NCBI RefSeq assembly: GCF_001194135.2
Contig: NC_068986.1
Span: 77,352,729-77,391,873, forward strand
Direction: 5' to 3'
DNA from: Octopus bimaculoides
Taxonomy: Eukaryota
Length of the DNA: 39,145 nt
The notes beneath the pieces were generated by a model, which was not told the origin of the DNA, made no database searches, and saw nothing but the letters and a program-made list of their open reading frames with translations. The position numbers were made by a program, and so were the translations under genes. Positions 1 to 10,772 of this stretch are shown in pieces (position 1 is the stretch's first letter; each line of letters starts with the position of its first letter).

Positions 1-63
<63 letters not shown>
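1..63. repeat. (AT)n(AC)n microsatellite
   Basis: Seen directly. Confidence 0.98.
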
Positions 64-64
<1 letters not shown>

Positions 65-75
65 CCATATTTACA

Positions 76-450
76 GGAGGAGATGTGGCTGTGTGTCAAG
101 AAGTTTGCTTCCCAACCACATAGTTCAGTCCACTGCAATAACACCTTGGGCAAGTGACTGCTACTGTAGCCTTGGGTCAACCAAAGCCTTGCAAGTGAAT
201 TTGGTATTCAGAAACTGAAAGAATCTTATATATTTATATATATATCTATGTGCATATGTCCCACACCACTGCTTGACACTGATTATATCACCATAACTTA
301 GCAGTTCAGCAAAAGAGACTGACAGAAAAAGTACCAGGTTTTAAAAAAAAGTATTGGGAGCTATTCATTCAACTAAAAATTATTCAAGGTGGTGCCCCAG
401 CATGCTCGCAGTCTAATGACTGAAACTAGTAAAAGATAAAAGAAAGATAA
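76..450 (+). mobile_element. tRNA-headed SINE family B (CORE-like 'accttgggcaagtg', internal TA/TG microsatellite, TAAAAGA tail); a further 3'-half copy at ~470-675
   Basis: Matches copies at 9925, 23601, 24821 and 28101; resembles recalled octopus OR-type SINEs. Confidence 0.8.
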
Positions 451-918
451 TGATATTTTGTATGTGTATCTTTGCATTTATCTCACCAGTGTTCAACAAC
501 AGGTGTTGGTTTCTTTACATCTCTGTAACTTTGCAATTCAGCAAAAGAGGCCAATATAATAAGTAACAGACTAATAAAAATTAGTATTGGGATTGATTTG
601 TTCAACTATGCCCTTCAAGGCAGTACCCCATCATGGTTGCAATTCAATAACAGAAATAAGTAAATGATAACAGATAGATTTTTAAAAAATTTAATATAAA
701 GATAATGAAGGAGAATTTAAGAGAGAAATGTATTTGAATAAAGTTTCCAAAATCATGGCATTTCTGAGCATTAAAAACAAACCCCTTACTGAAAATATAA
801 ACAAGAATTTGGAAATCTAAACATTTGAAAAGAAAGAATTATAAAGTTCTATAGTTTAATGATTCTTTGAGTACTGAATAAATTTCAGAGGGAGAAAAAA
901 AAAAGAGAAGATACTGAC

Positions 919-1117
919 CTGTTTCTTGTTCTTCATCAGCTTCATTTCCAGTTTGTTTCTGTTCTGTTAAATAATTTTGCAAGAATTCTGAGAATTCCCC
1001 TTTATGACCAAGAAGTTCTTGAAATGTTCCTCTCTCACTAATCTGGCCATCTTTCATTACAATAATCATGTCCATATGTTCAAGATAGTTGATATTATGG
1101 GTTACTAGTATTCGTGT
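919..1117 (-). CDS. ABCC1: ABCC exon P (199 nt, 0-1), H-loop and start of L1 linker: TRILVTHNINYLEHMDMIIVMKDGQISERGTFQELLGHKGEFSEFLQNYLTEQKQTGNEADEEQET
   Basis: Acceptor ccttttag, donor gtcagt; TRILVTH motif. Confidence 0.95.
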
Positions 1118-1156
1118 CTAAAAGGCAGAGAGGGAGAGAGAAACAAAGATATATAT

Positions 1157-1191
<35 letters not shown>

Positions 1192-1244
1192 AATATATGA
1201 GTATATGCATATATATGTACATACCTTCATCTACATGTACATAT

Positions 1245-1455
1245 AGATACATAACTGGGTACATGACGTGGCAAAAGAACATGGACAAAATGATAAACAA
1301 GGTACAACAAACAAGCAAGCCACATAGAAACATCTCCTTCATCAGCTGCCACCATTAAAACACCGGCGTTTCGAAGAATTAAGGCAGTACGCATCTTTGA
1401 AATGGTTCTTCCCACAAACACAAATTAAATTATTTTCGTGGAGGGTAGTGGCGGA
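1245..1455. repeat. Unclassified interspersed repeat, possibly Penelope pseudo-LTR-type
   Basis: GC-richer block between microsatellites; recognised only from recall. Confidence 0.3.
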
Positions 1456-1663
1456 TATATATATATATATATATATATGCTAATACTGAACAGTGAGAAT
1501 GAGTGCTCAACACTGCATTGGTAGATAAATATTTTTTATTTGTGAATTAAGAAGCCAATGATTTCATGTGAAGAGATCTTCACAATTGTTCCAGCATGGC
1601 ATATGGAATCTTGGTACTCATCTCCATTTTGGATGAGAATGTACAAGGTTACATGAGACTGAA

Positions 1664-1993
1664 CATCATCGTTTAACGTCCGCTTTCCATGCTGGCATGG
1701 GTTGGATGGTTTGACTGAGGACTGGAAAGCCAGGAAGCTGCACCAGACTCCAGTCTGTCCCGGCAAGGTTTCTACAGCTGGATGCCTTCCTAACACCAAC
1801 CACTCCGAGAATGTAGTGGGTGATTTTTATGTACCAGTCAAGTGGCACTGGCAATGACCACACTTGAATGGTGCTTTTTACGTGCCATTGGCATGAAATC
1901 CAGTCAGGCAGCACTAGCATTGACCACGCTTGGATGGTGCTTTTTATGTGCCATTGGTACAGGAGCCAGTCAGGCTGCACTGGCATCGACCAG
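1664..1993 (-). mobile_element. RTE 3' UTR/tail copy
   Basis: catcatcgtttaacgtccgctttccatgc...; two ~66-nt subrepeats. Confidence 0.88.
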
Positions 1994-2395
1994 ACATATA
2001 TATATATATATATATACAGACATATATATATTATTGAAGAAGTTAGTTTTATGTTGAACACTCAGTCCTCAGGTAACGTGTCACATACTGGGTAAACTTT
2101 ATTTTGATAGTAACTTTACTAACAAACAGAATATTATTATGTATATTGAGACTTATTAACATACAAGATTCCTCTTTGACCTAATAAGCAATGAAAGTGG
2201 TTGCTGCAAAAGCATAACAGACAGAGTAAGAATGAGATGGTAAAAATTCAGGGAACTACTATTTCTTTTCACAATGAAGGTACTCTTCCTGAGAGTGAAG
2301 GTGTAGATTGAACAATGCTTCTGTATGAAGCACAATTTGAGATCAATAAAACAGTACCAGACTGAAACAAGTATCGGAAGTGGATTTGATATCAA

Positions 2396-2604
2396 TTAGC
2401 CCTTTAGCAGTCAGATTATTCTTCCAAATGTAATGCATATTTATTCATATTGTTTTGAATTAATCATGGCTTATCTCATAGCTTCAAGATTTTAATGGTG
2501 TGACATTGTAAGGTTGGTGTAAAAGGCAAGGTCTGAATAATTTGAACATAAGGCTTAAAGAATATTTGGGGTGAATATGGTCAGTTTAAATGCTAAAGTG
2601 TTAA
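2396..2604. mobile_element. piggyBac-like MITE (decayed)
   Basis: Ends ttagccctttagca and tgctaaagtgttaa (12/14 inverted match) fit TTAA-CCC..GGG-TTAA. Confidence 0.6.
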
Positions 2605-2652
2605 AACACTTGGAAGTTCTCCAGCATAGCTAGAGCTCAATGACCAAGACTA

Positions 2653-2913
<261 letters not shown>

Positions 2914-2983
2914 TTATACACACACAATAAAATTTGTAATTATGTGCAACTAAGTAGATGAAGTTTATATATTTTACATACAC

Positions 2984-3020
<37 letters not shown>

Positions 3021-3305
3021 TTCAAAGAAGAAAAACGATGGAAAAAAACAACAACGCGTGGACGTGATACAGATACTGTGTTACTGGACGCTCAGGAAAG
3101 GAAACCTTTTAAGTTTTTTAACAGAGCTTAGAAAAACTGATGGACTGCTGTTATAATTGTGTGAATCTGAGAGGGGAATATGTCGAATAAAATCATAATT
3201 AACTGATCCACCTGCATTTTTTTTTTACCCAAAGACAAGAACTTTTCAGTACCCCTACATGTATAAGTTTATAGGAATCACATAGATGAAAGTCAACAGC
3301 TCGTT

Positions 3306-3427
3306 AGTATGATATCCACCAAATCAAATGTGTACTATATCATATTATAAAGATATTTACCTCCACATCAGAGTGATCTACATAAGCCAATGATATAGTA
3401 CACATTTGATTTGGTGGATATCATACT
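3306..3427. repeat. Perfect 38-bp inverted repeat with 46-nt spacer
   Basis: agtatgatatccaccaaatcaaatgtgtactatatcat (3306-3343) is the exact reverse complement of 3390-3427. Confidence 0.95.
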
Positions 3428-3496
3428 TCTGAAACATGTATCGCACTGAACTGTGATTGTTTATTCTTTTATATATACACACACACACACACATAA

Positions 3497-3998
3497 GCTT
3501 TGTACTTATTCTATCAGTCTCTTTTGCCAAGCCATCAAGTTACAGGGGATGTAAACAAACCAACACCTGTTATCAAGTGGTGGGGAGAAACAAACGCAGA
3601 CATACACACACTCACACATATATATACACCACAGGTTTCCACACAGTCTCCATCAACCAAATTTACTCACAGGACATTTGTCATCCCAGGGCTGTAGTAG
3701 AAGTCACTTGCCCAAGGTGTCACTCAGTGGGATTCACTTGCATTACAATGATGCTCATTTACAACCATTACGTTATAAATAGAGAAATGTATACACACAC
3801 ATAAACACATATATACATGAATGTGTACACACACACACACACACATAACGGGCTTTCTTTTTAGTTTTCATATACCAAATCCACTCACAAGCTTTTGATC
3901 AGCTCAAGGCTATAAGAGAAGACACTTGCCCAAGGTGCTGAACCCAAGACCACATAGTTGGAAAGCAAGCTTCTTAACCACAAGGCCATGCCCGCACC
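3497..3998 (-). mobile_element. Two SINE-B pieces (3497-3735 and 3845-3998)
   Basis: Reverse-complement match, 'acacttgcccaaggtg'. Confidence 0.8.
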
Positions 3999-4186
3999 CA
4001 GTTTCAGACTATGTTTTCAAACATTGTTTCAACTTATTTCAAGGTCAATTTTGTGCTTTCTCTGGTGACATCACATTCATTTTCTGAATTCTTCCAAACC
4101 TTTCCTAAATAAATGATACGTTTTCCTTTCTTTCTTAACTATTGTTTTTCTTTGAATGTATTTATATACAGTCACATTTCTTAAAA

Positions 4187-4524
4187 ATCGTGGTAATGGC
4201 CTTGGTCTCAGGACCACTCATGTCTAGAAACTGATGTTGCGCGTGAGCAAGGGCATGCTCCCTGTAGAGAATCCAGCCCCGAAAATGCCTCATGACAATA
4301 TCAAAGAAGCACGGGCACCAGCCAGCCCAACGATTGGGGTGGGCTGCACCTGCCCACCTCAAAAAGGAAGGTGCAAACTCTCATCCTTGGTCACGCAAGA
4401 GATCGGGAGGGTTGGCTTGAAGTGGGAGGACGCCCAAAACTGGGTGAGTTGGTGTGAGAGTGGTTGCTGTAAGAGTGCGGTAGATCTGGCCACTCCTGTT
4501 AACGGGGACAAACCTGGATTTAAG
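4187..4524 (+). mobile_element. Short RTE-derived element of a second lineage (5'-UTR-like segment joined to ORF end)
   Basis: 3' part translates to VGLKWEDAQNWVSW...DLATPVNGDKPGFK, resembling RTE ORF C-termini; 5' part 'gagcaagggcatgctccctgta' recalled as RTE 5'-UTR-like. Confidence 0.5.
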
Positions 4525-4592
4525 GTATTGGACTTCATCATTCAAATCCATAAAACATTTAAGACTATTATCATAAAAACAAAATACACTAC

Positions 4593-4769
4593 CTTTTCAC
4601 CAATTTCAGTTTGATCGCCAGCAGGTAATATTTTAAAATCTGTATGAAGTGCGCAGGCATTGATGATTTTAGCGTAAAAAGACTGATGATACTGTTTCCC
4701 AAACAAGATATTATTCTGCAAGGTATCATTTTGAATCCAAGCTTGCTGTGCTACATAAGCCACATTACT
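4593..4769 (-). CDS. ABCC1: ABCC exon N (177 nt, 0-0), Q-loop: SNVAYVAQQAWIQNDTLQNNILFGKQYHQSFYAKIINACALHTDFKILPAGDQTEIGEK
   Basis: Acceptor cccttcag, donor gtagtg; AYV.QQAWIQN and LP.GD.TEIGEK. Confidence 0.96.
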
Positions 4770-4922
4770 CTGAAGGGAAGATAAACAAATAATTGCTACA
4801 ACCATTGTATCAGGTATTACTTACAACACAATCAAAAGTAGAACAATTAGTTAATAGAAATACATAAATTAAAATACCAGGTTTATTCAAACTGTTGGAA
4901 TCTTTTGACTCAATAATTGCAG

Positions 4923-5288
4923 TTGGAGTAAAGATTGTTTGCCAACATAACATAGCAGTCCTGGTTTAGGACGAATGTTGCTGTAATTTAGCCCCAAGAT
5001 ACATTGTCTCCAGCTGGCTTATACAACATGATCTGTGTCCTTATATTTTCAAACAAGGGAATCTAGCACTCCCACTCAGCTCAAAACAATATCTGTGTAT
5101 CACGATTTCCGGGTTATTTCCTTTAATCAGCACAGAATAATAGGTGGGGTGCTAGATTCCCTTGTTCGAAAATATAAGGACACAAATTGTGTCGTATAGC
5201 CAGCTGGAGACGATATCTCCTAAATTACAGCAACATTTGTCCTAAAGCAGGACTGCTATGCTATGTTGGCAAACAATCTTTACTCCAA
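4923..5288. mobile_element. Foldback/MITE-type element with ~150-bp imperfect terminal inverted repeats
   Basis: ttggagtaaagattgtttgccaacat... and ...atgttggcaaacaatctttactccaa; arms ~4923-5075 and ~5142-5288. Confidence 0.88.
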
Positions 5289-5589
5289 AGTACTATTGCT
5301 GAATATCTCTCATGAGATTTACAAATAGTAATTGCAGTTGGGTCTATAATTTTCATGAAATTTATTCCTAAGTCAGTCCAGATGGAGTAGATCTTTGATC
5401 AAAGATGTTCCAGCCAGGACGTCCTCTCTTTCTATATATTCAAAACTACATCAACCAATGTGTCCTTCAGTTTTAAAGACAGTAAGGTGTGATTCTAGAG
5501 ACATTTTGGTACTATTACAAGCAAGATGAGCAATAATGCAGCAGATCCCTTGCCAACTGGCAGAGACTATAATTGCTTTGATAGGTAAG

Positions 5590-6033
5590 CTACTGTCATT
5601 AGTAGTTCACTTTCAAAGTAAAATATTCAGTCCAACAGATATGACTAAATATCATAATTACATTCTGTGTTCAAATCTTGCAAAGGTTGACTCTGCTTTT
5701 TATCCTTGCAGGGTTAATAAAATAAGTACCAGTCGAGCACTGGGGCTGATGTAATCAACTTACCCCCTCCCCTAAAAAGTTTCAGGCATTGTGCCAAAAT
5801 TCGAAACCAAAAGCAGTGAGTTGGTAGAATTGTTAACATGTCCGACAAAAAGGATTCGTAGCATTTTTTCTAGGTTTATGTTCTGAGTTCAAATTCAGCT
5901 GAGATCAGCTTTGCCTTTCATTCTTTCAAGAGCAATAAAAATAAGTTTCAGTCAAGCACTGGGGTCAATGTAACTGACCAGCCCCACCACTCCAAGTTTG
6001 GGCCTTGTACCTAGAGCAGAAAGAATAATATTA
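5590..6033 (+). mobile_element. Head-to-tail SINE-C dimer
   Basis: First copy ends gtgccaaaattcgaaacca (5809), second starts aaagcagtgagttggtagaattg. Confidence 0.8.
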
Positions 6034-6436
6034 GTAGTGCGCCATAATGCAAACTTAACTCCATATTTAATCCACTCAGATAAACATGTCTACATCAGCT
6101 AGTGCAGGATATATTTTCCCATTTTATGTTTATAATAGAATAAAATGATTTAATTTCTTATTCTGCACTGTCATTATTTTGGCTGAATTTATATTCTTCA
6201 TATTTTTATTCAAACACTAATTCTTATTTCTAAAACAAATATTATAATCATGTTATTATGGACATATAAAATGTTTTATCTGTTGCAGGTGAGGAGTTTA
6301 GATCCAGCCCTGCTCACAGTAGCCAAGGTGTCAACTGTTCATGTACAAGAAAAAGTCACTGGTTGATAGCAGATGGGCACTAAAACAGCTGTTGTTAAAC
6401 CTCAGACCAGCCTCGACTGGACAGACCTCAGATTCT

Positions 6437-6562
6437 TTTTTACCCTAGGCCAAGGCCCGAAATTTTTGGGGAGGGGGCCAGTCGATTAGATCAACCCCAG
6501 TACGCAACTGGTACTTAATTTATCGACCCCGAAAGGATGAAAGACAAAGCTGACCTTGGCTG
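6437..6562 (-). mobile_element. SINE-C 3' half
   Basis: gtacttaatttatcgaccccgaaaggatgaaag. Confidence 0.85.
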
Positions 6563-6655
6563 CTAATTCTAGCAAGTCAAACAAGTAATTTTATATGGTG
6601 CTGATTAATTCTATAGTATTTGACTTACAAACTGAAAAAATTTCAGAAAACAAAC

Positions 6656-6782
6656 CTGTACATCAACTTTTCCAGAACATTTTTCCATTTCACCAAGAAT
6701 GGCTGAGATTAAGGATGATTTTCCTGATCCAACAACTCCCACAACTGCAACAAGTGTCCCTTGTGCAACTTTAAAATGAATG
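6656..6782 (-). CDS. ABCC1: ABCC exon M (127 nt, 2-0), Walker A: [42 protein letters not shown]
   Basis: Acceptor gattttag, donor gtttgt; GxxGxGKS. Confidence 0.96.
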
Positions 6783-7027
6783 CTAAAATCAGAAATTTAA
6801 TTTTATACATCAAAGTACTTAAAAATAAATCTCATTATCTAAGATCCAAAGTACAATATATTTACAAAATCATCAAACTACAGAAAAAAGAATGTAAGAC
6901 CCAGTTTTAGCCTTCAAATGAATTCATCTTCACCAGAATATAAAATTGTAGGTCTCCAACTAGATAAAAATCTGAAGACAACCCCATTAACCAGCTAATT
7001 CTGAGGTCTGAAATAAACAGTTTAAAC

Positions 7028-7181
7028 TCATCATTATCATTTAACGTCCACTCTCTATGCTGGTATGGGTTAAATGGTGTGACTGGAGCTGATGAGCTGC
7101 ACCAGGTTCCAGTCTGATTTGGCATGGTTTCTACAGCTGGATATCCTTCCTAACGTCAACCACTCCAGGAGTGTAATGGGT
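7028..7181 (-). mobile_element. RTE 3' tail copy
   Basis: Matches the tail family (tttctacagctggat..cttcctaac). Confidence 0.85.
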
Positions 7182-7726
7182 AAGTTTCTGATTACTTTTA
7201 TTTTACATTACATGTAAACAATGATCGGAAAACTCATTGTGCTACAATTTACAAGGCAGTAAAAGGAAAGTCACTAGGTGTGCTAGGAAAGCTTATCATT
7301 GCTAGAATGCTAAAGGCTAGCAAGCAATATAGTTACTTTTATCATCTGCCATTGATGGTCTAAGGCTCTACTTTCTATCAAACAAATAACTAAGGTAAAT
7401 TTTTATTGTGAATTGGGACTGGCATTCAAAATAATTTAAGAAATTATTCAAATGTTTTAATAAACATATAAAAAGAAAAAGGTTTGGAATAAACTATTTT
7501 TCATCAAAGCAATCTTACTTAAGAAATTCTTGTTAGTAATTGCTTGATAGTCCTGTTCCTAAGAAATACTCTAAAATATTTTAAGCTGACAAGGTTCTCT
7601 CTTAGAGATATGAAGTTTGTTTAGTAAAGCAATTCTCATATTGAGAAACAAAATGCTCATTCATTTGGAAGACATTGGTAATTATATCACTTGATAAAAA
7701 AAAAAACAAAAAAAAAACATACATAC

Positions 7727-7793
7727 TTTTTTAAAATGCAAGGCTCATCTTTATCCCATTTAAAAGACCCGTTTTCAATGATGACAGAATGAC
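7727..7793 (-). CDS. ABCC1: ABCC exon L (67 nt, 1-2): (S)HSVIIENGSFKWDKDEPCILK(N)
   Basis: Acceptor attttaag, donor gtatgt; I.NG.F.W motif at the start of NBD1. Confidence 0.92.
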
Positions 7794-8119
7794 CTTAAAA
7801 TAAAATGAATAAGAAATAATCTTGTGATGTCTTCTAGTGGAGAGTTAATGCACAGGAAATAAGCAATTCTTCACGATGATATTCTGTTAGGAGTGTATAG
7901 AATTAATGAATGAATAACTGAAATGGAGAACGTTATATTTGAAAAGAGGCGAGAAATAGACATTAGAAATGTGATGATCAAGGAAAGAAAAAGTAATGAA
8001 TAACAATACATCTTTTTTCTGGGGCCCTGAGGATTATATGACCAGTTACCCAGTTTCCAAAGTATATAAGTGACTGAGATCACAACATTCCTTCTGAACA
8101 GAACATTGGTCCATTGCAT

Positions 8120-8313
8120 GGTCCAAAGGTGGCAATTTTGAGGAGAAGGGGCAAGTTGATTACATCAACCCCAGTATTTGACTGGTACTTTATTTTACTG
8201 ACTCTGAAGAAATGAAAGGCAAAGTTGACCTTAGCAAGATTTGAACTCAGAATGTAAAGAGTCAGAAAAAATGACGCTAAGCATTTTGTCTGATATGTTT
8301 AATGATTCTGACC
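8120..8313 (-). mobile_element. SINE-C copy
   Basis: Family match. Confidence 0.8.
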
Positions 8314-8489
8314 AAAAGCATCCCATATTTTCATATACCTAGAACTACATTGTCCAATGTGTACTTCCTTTTTTTAAGATGGTAGGTTTTGATTTTAGGG
8401 AGATTTGGCAGCTACTTTGAACAGGTTAAATGACTGTGTTTAATTAGTAAGCTAATGGCAAGTCCAGATAATCAAAAATAATCACTTAC

Positions 8490-8580
8490 TATCTGAGTCT
8501 GTTAAACTGTGTTCAACAGATTTTAAATCTAATTCATCTTTGTTCAAAAATTCAGTGACTCTTTTCATTGAAACATTTGC
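8490..8580 (-). CDS. ABCC1: ABCC exon K (91 nt, 0-1): ANVSMKRVTEFLNKDELDLKSVEHSLTDSD
   Basis: Acceptor tttgtcag, donor gtaagt; A.VS..R...FL..DEL motif. Confidence 0.92.
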
Positions 8581-9549
8581 CTGACAAATAGATGAAACAC
8601 AAAATAAAAAACATTATATACATGCTAAATGGCATTTGTAAACATAATCAAATAATAACATAGCTTTGTATATCATCTGAATAGAAATTTTAGGTTATAT
8701 TGTTTCACTAAAGATGATAATATAGACATGGAGAAGGGCAAAACTAGGAGAAAGACAATAAAGGTGAAAGGAGTAGCAGAGGCAAGAGAGAAGTGGGGAA
8801 GAGGCTCCTTACTGGACTAGAGAATTTTTGAAAAAGAAGTGTATAATAGATTTTTAAAAAAACTTTGTATATTACTGGTATTTACTATATATACTTTCAG
8901 ATATAGGTTACATTTTAAAATCTAAAATATGGTTACATTTTTAAATCTAAAACACTCAGACTTATCTATTATATCTTGCTCTGGATTTGAAATTTGCAGA
9001 GCACACAGATACATGTGCACACACATGAGGACTGGCAAATAACTGAGTATGTAGGGCAGCTTGGTCATGCCACTACTCAGTTTAAATAAATATCAGTGTT
9101 TTAAACAAGTCATAAGTGATTGCTAAAGCAGAATTTGTTTCTAATACAAAATAAGTGCACATCTGATGATATAGTTTCATTGATTATACATAACTTAGTG
9201 CAATGATCCAAATCAGAAAGTCATTAAGTGATGGAAGTTGGATACTATAGGTGGCAAGTTTTGCCAGAAGATTCATAAGACAGACATAGTCAAATGCTTT
9301 GCAAACCTGACCAAATTATATCATGGAAGAAATGAACATGTAAAGCAGAAGTTTAGATTCAGATTAGGCCTAATTAAATAGATCTATGATCAAAAGTATT
9401 CTAGCTGTAACCAGTTTGTCTCTTTATATATCAAGGACCACATAGTTCAATGTGTGCTTCATTTTATAAGATAATAGAGCATGATTTGAGAGTTCAGCTG
9501 ATATTTCTAGCAGTTCATGTAACTGTGTAAAGGCATCTGCATTGGTTCA

Positions 9550-9795
<246 letters not shown>

Positions 9796-9924
9796 CTAGA
9801 AATTAAGAAGTATACAAGAGAAAGAATAAGGTTAATATATATAGAAACGAAAAACAACCCTAAGTCAAGAAGCTGATGAAGTTTAATTTCCTTCCATCGT
9901 AATTTAACCTCTAATTACTTGGAA

Positions 9925-10236
9925 GGTGCAGGCATGACTGTGTGGTAGTCCTACTATGTGGCACCTTGGGCAAGTGTTTTCTACTATAGCCTCAGGCAGA
10001 CCAAAACTTTACGAGTGGATTTGGTAGATGGAAACTGAAAGAAACCTGTTGTATTTATATATGTGTGTGTGTTTCTGTTTGTCCTCCACCACTGCTTGAC
10101 AACAGGTGTTGGTTTATTTATGTCCCCGTAACTTAGTGTTTTGGCACAAATTGAAAGTACTGGGGTTGATTCATTCAACACAAGTTCTTCAAGACAGCAT
10201 GTGGTCACAGTTTAATGACTGAAACAGATAAAAGAT
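9925..10236 (+). mobile_element. SINE-B copy
   Basis: gtggcaccttgggcaagtg...gactgaaacagataaaagata. Confidence 0.82.
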
Positions 10237-10239
10237 ACA

Positions 10240-10445
10240 TCTCACCGGTACCAGTGCCACATGAAAAGCACCCAGTATGCTCTGTAAAGTTGTTAGCATT
10301 AGGAAGGGCGTTCAGCCACAGAAACTATGGCAAAGCAGACGGTGAAATATGGTACAGTCCTCTGGCTTGCTAGCTCCTGTCAAACCATCTCAACCCATGT
10401 AAGCATGGAAAACGGATGTGTGATGATGATGAGGATGAGTGATTA
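10240..10445 (+). mobile_element. Diverged RTE-type 3' tail copy directly after a SINE
   Basis: gcattaggaagggc...gcatggaaaacggatgtgtgatgatgat. Confidence 0.75.
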
Positions 10446-10496
10446 ATGTTAATCATTCTAATCAGGAAATAATTTTTACTTCAGGTAAGCACTTAC

Positions 10497-10634
10497 AAAT
10501 ACAGGTGCACAAGTCCATGTTAGTGTAGTGAAAGCATTAAGATAGGCTTGCTTTCTCAAAATTCTCATTTCATCATTTCGTATTTTCATGATCTGCTCCT
10601 TGAAAGAATTCTCCCAGGCATACAACTTCAAAAC
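10497..10634 (-). CDS. ABCC1: ABCC exon I (138 nt, 0-0): VLKLYAWENSFKEQIMKIRNDEMRILRKQAYLNAFTTLTWTCAPVF
   Basis: Acceptor aaatttag, donor gtaagt; VLKLYAWE motif. Confidence 0.95.
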
Positions 10635-10772
10635 CTAAATTTAAAATAAACATAAATAAGTTAGTAAATAAAAAAAATTAAAAAAAGAGAGAGTTTAATG
10701 AACTTAAAAGCAGAAAGAATTAAGGTTACTAATTATTAGATCATTCAGCAGTTAGAAATTGTCTAACTGTAA

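Noticed and set aside
1118-1342. Hydrophobic ORF made of YI/CV repeats (similarly 23406-23666, 3457-3804, 1666-2061)
   Set aside because: Translations of (AT)n/(GT)n microsatellites and repeat UTRs.
3030-3100. Fragment resembling a recalled Penelope pseudo-LTR repeat that may carry a hammerhead
   Set aside because: Only ~60 nt resemble it and no hammerhead core is present; too weak to call.
7871-8119. Possible extra ABCC exon (hydrophobic minus-strand ORF)
   Set aside because: Exons K and L already join in phase with continuous MRP1-like sequence, and this ORF has no ABCC similarity.
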